A DNA stretch of 64,000 nucleotides from a virus: the IMG/VR virus record IMGVR_UViG_3300009408_000003, positions 1 through 64,000 of that record; one strand, written 5' to 3'. The notes under the pieces were generated by a model. That model did no database searches. It had not been told where the DNA came from and worked only from the letters and a program-made list of their open reading frames with translations. The position numbers were made by a program, and so were the translations under genes. This document shows, one piece after another, positions 58,801 to 64,000 of the stretch. How positions within the stretch are numbered: position 1 is the first letter of the stretch; every line of letters begins with the position of its first letter.

Positions 58801-60783
58801 AGTTGATGTTACTGAACCACTAGCTACTAAATCATCAAGTATTTGATATCCAATATCATCACCCATTTCTAAATTAAAATTTGGTGTTAACGAAATACAA
58901 TCAGTTATTTCTTCATTAATTAATGATAATTGATCAATAATAGAAAGAGATTGAATCTTAGATATCCATAACTGCTGATTTGGTTGTATTTTATTTGATA
59001 ATGGTTCATATAATTTTAAAACTAATGATTTTACTTCATTTGTTTTTCGTATTTTGCTAGTTTCTTTGTTTTCTGTATATGTGGAGAATGTTTCAGTATC
59101 AATTGCCCATGCTGCAATCAATTTGTTATTTCCATCTCCTAAATGAGCATAATGAGTTAAATATTGTGAAGTTTCATTTTTAAATATATTTGTATTAAGT
59201 TCAGATTCAAATGCAGATTTAATATCTTGAATTACTTGAGCACGTTTTAAACGTAAATTACCTTTATCAAATAAAATAGTAATTTTTTCTTCTTTTCCAC
59301 TTGTTAATTTATCACCTTCTGCATTAAATGGAATTAAAATTAAATCAAATGATATTTTATCTGTATTTTTATTTACAGTTTTTTTAGATATTTTTAATAT
59401 ATTTTCTATCGATAACGTAATTGCGCCAGTTTCGCTTCCTTTTGTTATAAAAAACTCTTTATCATGTTTTGTTACATAAATTTCTATGTAATTTGTATTA
59501 ATTGATTGCCAACTAATTTTAAAATGCTCTTTAAACCCTTTAAAATCTGCACCTTTAATATTGTATGGATAATTTATTTTAGTAATATCAGGCCCGTCTA
59601 AATATGTTTTATTTACTACATTAATATGTACTCGTTTAAGTGGGCCACTACCAAATGCAGTAGATACTGGTTGTAAATATAATGTATATTGGCCTATACC
59701 GTTTCTGAAATCAGCTGATTTTAATCGTATTATTCCATTTGGGTCTAATGTACGTGTGGTTGTTCCAAGTGTATATAATACTAATTGTGAATTATGCGAG
59801 TTGTAGACAACATTTAATGGATTTGCTGAAGATATGTTGTATTCTAAATTATCATTTTCTACCTCAACGTCTGGTGTATTTATACTATCGGTTGCAGCTA
59901 TTTTATTAGCTATTACAATAATTCGAGTTAAGCCAGGTAATAATTCTTTTCTAAAATCATTTGATAATTGAGTTGGATTAGCATCGTTTGGATTATAAAT
60001 TTTATAATTAACCGAATGTGTAAAGTTTGAAATACCAGATTTTTCAAATTGAATCCATGCTATATCTGCATTATTATAATTATTAACGGTTATTGTAGTT
60101 GGAATATCATCTTCTACAAATGCAGTACTTCCATCAGAAGTTATATATTTAATAATGTTATTTTCACTTACATCACCAACTATTTCAACTTTGTATTCTG
60201 TTTTGGTACTAGTTGCATTATCAGGCGGTCTAATTACATTATTAGTTATATCGAATTTTAAATTAAGGTTAGTAACTGATGAGTTTGATAAATCAACTTC
60301 TAATGGTTTCCATTCATTATTAACTAATTTTGCTAATTCAATTATATAAATTTTAAATCCTGCAGAATTAATTTTGGTTTTTGAAGTAACTTTATATTGT
60401 ACATTATCAGTATTATCGCTTTGGCCTGCTTTAAATATTTTTGTTTCTAATAATTCTTTAGCATTAAAGGTTAGTGTCCATGGACAATGAAATTGTGTTA
60501 CTTTATCATCTATTATAATTCCAGTATTAGTTGGTATTGATGTTAGATGTATATAAACTGTGTTTTCAATTATAACATTCGTACTAGTATCAACTGGTAT
60601 TGGTTTGAATTTACAAGAACCATCATCAATTGTAGCTAATGAATTATAATTTATTGCTTTTGAATTAGTGCATCCTCGTACTAAATTAATCGTATTGTCG
60701 CCACTATCGGTATTACTACCGCCACCGCCACCGCCACCATTATTTAAATAAAAATCTGCATTTATGAATTTATCAACTGACAT
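55861..60783 (-). CDS. Large baseplate wedge-like structural protein
   Basis: 1640 aa. FHMIGQHFD...LESLGW...YLYKHKGT resembles baseplate wedge/tail-protein-I cores; it has a LamG-like segment (IDEFRLW) and a GCT..DDGSC repeat. Confidence 0.65.
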   Translation of the reverse strand: MSVDKFINADFYLNNGGGGGGGSNTDSGDNTINLVRGCTNSKAINYNSLATIDDGSCKFKPIPVDTSTNVIIENTVYIHLTSIPTNTGIIIDDKVTQFHCPWTLTFNAKELLETKIFKAGQSDNTDNVQYKVTSKTKINSAGFKIYIIELAKLVNNEWKPLEVDLSNSSVTNLNLKFDITNNVIRPPDNATSTKTEYKVEIVGDVSENNIIKYITSDGSTAFVEDDIPTTITVNNYNNADIAWIQFEKSGISNFTHSVNYKIYNPNDANPTQLSNDFRKELLPGLTRIIVIANKIAATDSINTPDVEVENDNLEYNISSANPLNVVYNSHNSQLVLYTLGTTTRTLDPNGIIRLKSADFRNGIGQYTLYLQPVSTAFGSGPLKRVHINVVNKTYLDGPDITKINYPYNIKGADFKGFKEHFKISWQSINTNYIEIYVTKHDKEFFITKGSETGAITLSIENILKISKKTVNKNTDKISFDLILIPFNAEGDKLTSGKEEKITILFDKGNLRLKRAQVIQDIKSAFESELNTNIFKNETSQYLTHYAHLGDGNNKLIAAWAIDTETFSTYTENKETSKIRKTNEVKSLVLKLYEPLSNKIQPNQQLWISKIQSLSIIDQLSLINEEITDCISLTPNFNLEMGDDIGYQILDDLVASGSVTSTELLNEYVGNNEFSLAKLNINYISGSEYRWDNFVKYSSATERAENFFYKVKLIEFHETALNSLTDTSLASGSISILNQIARVEEQISNVKKGFDAFEKLLYTKSGSLSYPGAEQNTLSGSTDLDTQTWYNNIISSADLYDTNNKNLLVNNIPQHILNDPNGQDFVLFFHMIGQHFDVLSSYIKGVATSKTLTHSNTEGITNDLIYHMLESLGWDADMGVRSQYLWEYAFGKNKDGTNASAMTGKERQQEIWRRLLNNLPYLYKHKGTKRALHAAMACYGIPTSMLSILEFGGPVDPTQSGVTKFTFDDRTSALNFDQTASVIVPWKKYESSSIITPDDYKYPNSVEMRINTEYRYDQTLVSSDAWSLKLLAGTGSLASVELSLSGSGGNIVSGSTTYFPVFNDEYTQIVVNRTLSGSDYVFDIYGKEGFNERIRNEGTGSLIVPTGSQSWGWDTNISIGTTLSGSIDEFRLWSIALDESRITNHTLLPDAIDGNHVSSSTEDLIFRLDFEYPKDRNADPNIKNVAINTFYGEPVATAVGFPSITSYPYQYVSYERTVTANVPATGIGYSNKVRFESQTLENYLNFGSTSNVTSFDNADDSNKLGLFFSPTREINMNILRSLGQFNIDNYIGNPADIYKNNYSELDSLRKYYFTRFNLNIYEYIQLVRYIDQTLFTTLESLIPARAKVASGLLIEPHLLERNKYKHTKPIAKELYKESSIDVDNYSELEASTVGKTGILNTQEDIELIANNDQYNGTLNTETDLSLAGTTPFYNGIIPVSDDLVLISDNYSNHEVSIDAKIEGTLTGAFFGISLETIGINPNSVTVAGFGIWATNGNTIRTYIDKDGNRVQDRKKVYRIQESNIKLIPENIDPNDPTVGTHLVPTTFYDYKVTFLNFDQPAPIITGNITEVVALDGYLPSHYRYTNDLTSGLANAFFNGSKQTSATTLDGGPAVETFITNPNILKVSNTGRGSGEPILDVS

Positions 60784-60808
60784 AAATTATTCTAACTGTT
60801 TTTCTTAC

Positions 60809-60817
60809 TATAAATAT
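60809..60817 (-). promoter_or_regulatory. Representative of a recurrent ATA(T/C)TTAT(A/G) motif (putative late promoter)
   Basis: Other copies upstream of genes at 1783, 4367, 5363, 12673, 15754, 25047, 26928, 29915, 35789, 44890, 51782, 53067 and 55452 (+ strand start positions). Confidence 0.6.
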
Positions 60818-60824
60818 TAGTATT

Positions 60825-62423
60825 TTAAATATTAAGATTATTACCAGAAATAGTTACAATAGGACTACTTCCACCATGTAATAATTCACCTTCCGAATAT
60901 GTAGTGACAGTTGGGTCAATAAGAGGAACTGGATTATAAATACATTTACCAGCTTTACCGTAATTTAATGCGTTACGGTCACTGCATATAGGAAGATCCA
61001 CTTGAATTTTTGCGTATTCTCTAACATCGCCAGTAATTTTAAAATATTTTGATGGATTATATGATATTGTTGTTGACTGATATTCGTTACCATGCCAATT
61101 ATGTAATCCAGTTTTATTCGTATATTGAATTACACCAGTGGTCGACCATACATAAAATGTTTTAAATGTGCTAGTTTTATTTTGAGAATTATCTGAAATT
61201 ACGCAGCTTCCGTCATCAATTGTGGCTAATGGGTTATAATTAGTAGCTGCAGGATTTGTGCAACCACGTACATCTGTATTTGTAATTACTTCTATATCTG
61301 AACCGTTATCCTCATTTAGATAAGTACAACTTCCGTCATCCTTAATAGCTAATGCATTGTAGTTTAATGCGTGAGGATCAGTACAACCACTAATAACAGC
61401 AGCAACACTTTCGGGTATTGTTGTTTCATAATTAGAATCTTCAGTAGTAGTTTTTAAAATTTTACTTATAGGATCAAATGTTATTTGATCCTCTTTAGAT
61501 AATACGCTATCCTTAATGATTGTTCGTTGATATAAATAAAAATCAATAATAGTTTGTAATGTAGTTACCGCAGTTGTTTTAATAGTATCTATTGATAACT
61601 CGACTGATGGTTCAGTTGATATTGAATTACCATATATTAAAGAATTAATATCATATACTTTATTTTCCACAAAATAGTTCATTGCTTCGACATATTTTGT
61701 TTTTATTTGTTCTAAAAATGCATCAAAATTGGGTATTTTAAATTCATCTTTTAATAACTTAATATATTCTTTACCTTCAACTGTAATCCCTTTTATTTTT
61801 AAGAAGTTTTCAACAACTCGATGAATATCAACATTATCAATAAATTGTTTGACAAACGATATTGTATCATCTCTAAATTCTCCATTATCTGTATATACTT
61901 TGTATCGTTCTGCTAAATCTGTTAATACTTCATCATCACCATTTTTAACTGGTAATACTCTAATTTCTGTACGTGATGGTGATATTTCATGTATCCATAA
62001 TTTATCAAATTTACGGTTTTCTGAGCCAACTCGTCTATTTAATAGAGTTATTTGTGTTTTGAAAATACCATTAGTATAACCGGCTTCATTTATCAATTTT
62101 TCAGTATCTACCATATACTGACGAGCTTCGTTTGTTTTAGTAGTATCTGGATTATTATTAATTAAAAAATACTTAGAAATATTAGCATCATCTAAATAAA
62201 TATAGCGAACTAGCATATTAGTATCGCCTTGTGGTAGTTGATTATTATTAGAATCATATAGAATAAATTCAATAACATCAGTTTTTCCATGACGAAACCA
62301 TTGTGTACCATCTAGCCCAAATAAAGATTTACTAAAATCTCTTTCGAAAATTTTTCTATCTTTAGAAGTTATAGCGAATCCTTTATTTCCTATTATATCT
62401 TTAAATTGATTTATATTGCTCAT
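60825..62423 (-). CDS. Virion structural protein with Cys repeats
   Basis: IHEISPSRTEIR; two full GCT(D/N)P.A.NYN..A..DDGSC repeats plus one degenerate copy. Confidence 0.6.
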   Translation of the reverse strand: MSNINQFKDIIGNKGFAITSKDRKIFERDFSKSLFGLDGTQWFRHGKTDVIEFILYDSNNNQLPQGDTNMLVRYIYLDDANISKYFLINNNPDTTKTNEARQYMVDTEKLINEAGYTNGIFKTQITLLNRRVGSENRKFDKLWIHEISPSRTEIRVLPVKNGDDEVLTDLAERYKVYTDNGEFRDDTISFVKQFIDNVDIHRVVENFLKIKGITVEGKEYIKLLKDEFKIPNFDAFLEQIKTKYVEAMNYFVENKVYDINSLIYGNSISTEPSVELSIDTIKTTAVTTLQTIIDFYLYQRTIIKDSVLSKEDQITFDPISKILKTTTEDSNYETTIPESVAAVISGCTDPHALNYNALAIKDDGSCTYLNEDNGSDIEVITNTDVRGCTNPAATNYNPLATIDDGSCVISDNSQNKTSTFKTFYVWSTTGVIQYTNKTGLHNWHGNEYQSTTISYNPSKYFKITGDVREYAKIQVDLPICSDRNALNYGKAGKCIYNPVPLIDPTVTTYSEGELLHGGSSPIVTISGNNLNI

Positions 62424-62429
62424 AATTTA

Positions 62430-63704
62430 TTAATTTCCACTACCGCCTTTACGTAATTTTCGCCACATTCTAGCTTTTATTGCGAATGTATCGCCTAACG
62501 AGGTTGTTACTGATATTGTATCATCAAAATTTTTACCCCTACCTTTTGGACTATTTATATTACGGATTTTAGTAAAATTAGCAGTTACTTTTCCTGCCAC
62601 TTTTCCAACTCTAGGGTCTATACTCAATGAAGTTGGGCCACCTATCCATGGTGAATTATGTCCGCCCGTATCTACTGCATAACTAAATGTAATTGTTATG
62701 CTTTGGTCTGATTTTAAATTATAAAAATCAATTACATTACCATTAGGCCATATGTGGAATGTTCTCCAACTTTCAAATTTTAAAACATTACCATTTAATA
62801 ATTCTTTAGGTTTTGTAATATTTGATTCTGGTATTTTCCAACCAACATTTGTAGTTTGACGGAACGAACCAGGTGGGCCCGTTAATATTAAAGCAGCAGC
62901 AGCCGCTTCATCTTTAGATTGTATTGTTTGTAATAATTCAGTTTGTGTTAACTGTAAATTTTTCACTACTGTTTCTAAATCTTTTAATTGTTGTTGCAAC
63001 ACTTCTTTTTGAGCTTGTAATCCTCTTACTTGTGCTTCTAGCGAAACTCGTTCAATTGCTTCTTCTATTCCTTTTGTTAATGCAGTTTGAAAATCTGATA
63101 ATAACGATGAATATCTATCATTAGATGCTTGTGTTTCATTATTCGCAACTGATGTTAAAATTTTTTCGGAATCTACTGTTTGGTTTAATGTTTCAATTTG
63201 ACTTTTTAATTGATCTATTAAACTCAATGTCTTATTCAGAGCTTCAGTTTGCTTTGCTAATTCATCAATTTTTATACCAAGTTCTTTAACTTTTGCATCA
63301 TATTTTGATTTAGCAATAGTTTCTAATTTTTCTGTTGGTGGAGTTTTAATAAGTTCATCTACTATTACATCAACCGCTTTTGTTAATTCATCCTCAATAT
63401 AAATTGGTTTTTCAATATTACCAACTGTGCCGCCTTTTGTCGTATTAAGTGTGAATCCATTTTTATTTACTTTACTTTTGGAAATACCAATTTTTTCATT
63501 TTTAGTAGAATCACCTGCATATAAAGTAGATACATTTTCAGTTATACTAGTAGTTACTTGAATATTATTTAAATCAGTCCAACCTAAATAATCTCGTATC
63601 ATTTCTTTATACGTTTCAGTATATTGATCTGACGCTAGAATTATAGCAACACCCTGCTGCATTATTTCTGAATTTTCATATTTAGTTTTAAAATCTATAT
63701 TCAT
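62430..63704 (-). CDS. Coiled-coil structural protein
   Basis: Long heptad-rich centre within the baseplate cluster. Confidence 0.6.
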   Translation of the reverse strand: MNIDFKTKYENSEIMQQGVAIILASDQYTETYKEMIRDYLGWTDLNNIQVTTSITENVSTLYAGDSTKNEKIGISKSKVNKNGFTLNTTKGGTVGNIEKPIYIEDELTKAVDVIVDELIKTPPTEKLETIAKSKYDAKVKELGIKIDELAKQTEALNKTLSLIDQLKSQIETLNQTVDSEKILTSVANNETQASNDRYSSLLSDFQTALTKGIEEAIERVSLEAQVRGLQAQKEVLQQQLKDLETVVKNLQLTQTELLQTIQSKDEAAAAALILTGPPGSFRQTTNVGWKIPESNITKPKELLNGNVLKFESWRTFHIWPNGNVIDFYNLKSDQSITITFSYAVDTGGHNSPWIGGPTSLSIDPRVGKVAGKVTANFTKIRNINSPKGRGKNFDDTISVTTSLGDTFAIKARMWRKLRKGGSGN

Positions 63705-64000
63705 TATGTTTCGACAGTAAATGTTAAATTATCATCTGTAAAATATTCAATGATTCCGTTACGTTCTGTTTTTATTTCTATATAATAACTTCTATTAGTA
63801 TTCCAACTTTTTAAATTTAAATTAAAATAATTACCATTTTCATCACAGCTTACTTTACTATATTCTCCAAATGGTATTACAATTTCATTTGTAATTGCAT
63901 CTCTAATTTGATAATAAGTAGTAATTGGTAAAAATTTTATATCATTATATGAATATAAATTTGTATAAGTTTTTAATGGATATTTTTCTCTACCGAAAAC
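63704..64000 (-). CDS. Structural protein, partial (5' end outside the window)
   Basis: Open frame VFGREKYPLKTY...IPFGEYSKVSCDENGNYF...FTVET*; its TAA overlaps the next ATG. Confidence 0.7.
   Translation of the reverse strand, partial: VFGREKYPLKTYTNLYSYNDIKFLPITTYYQIRDAITNEIVIPFGEYSKVSCDENGNYFNLNLKSWNTNRSYYIEIKTERNGIIEYFTDDNLTFTVET

Noticed and set aside
1316-63124. Numerous plus-strand and nested ORFs in the track (e.g. 1316..1639, 14990..15220, 21372..21647, 33634..33978, 56150..56431)
   Set aside because: They are antisense or alternate-frame shadows of well-supported minus-strand genes, with low-complexity L/I/F/S composition and no motifs.
1-64000. Stop-codon reassignment (TAG/TAA readthrough) as an explanation for the split genes
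   Set aside because: Long core genes have no internal stops, several genes end cleanly at TAG (e.g. 9245, 17978, 30021), and reading through the TAGs at 39024 and 46931 gives no sensible protein; those breaks are frame changes.

Overview
This is a very AT-rich 64-kb segment of a large lytic T4-like myovirus. The host is probably Bacteroidota, judging from a TATATTTG -7 promoter, A-rich start regions that mostly lack Shine-Dalgarno (SD) sites, a lipoprotein and a phage bS21. Nearly every credible gene is on the minus strand. In transcription order (right to left) the window holds: baseplate/structural genes; a GIY-YIG-like protein; primase; a decayed TnsA-like endonuclease; a fragmented Mre11-Rad50 (SbcD-SbcC) locus with an intein; a giant tail-fibre gene with a frameshifted C-terminus plus its chaperone; a 640-bp repeat-rich non-coding region; GroEL; a 1913-aa multidomain protein; TerL, portal, mosaic head proteins, prohead protease, bS21, scaffold and major capsid; two homing-endonuclease-like cassettes, each behind a copy of a 56-bp terminator repeat; small accessory genes; neck genes; and a second tail fibre. 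The best candidate for an undescribed system is a virion-cargo polyprotein system. Head-region proteins are strings of swappable modules joined by (I/L/V)-x-E linkers resembling prohead-protease sites, several share an N-terminal tag that resembles the capsid protein N-terminus, and the largest carries CCA-adding, HD, ligase-like, ParB and nucleotidyltransferase modules. A second candidate is a bS21/SD translational switch for capsid genes. All family assignments come from motif recognition only; no searches were run.
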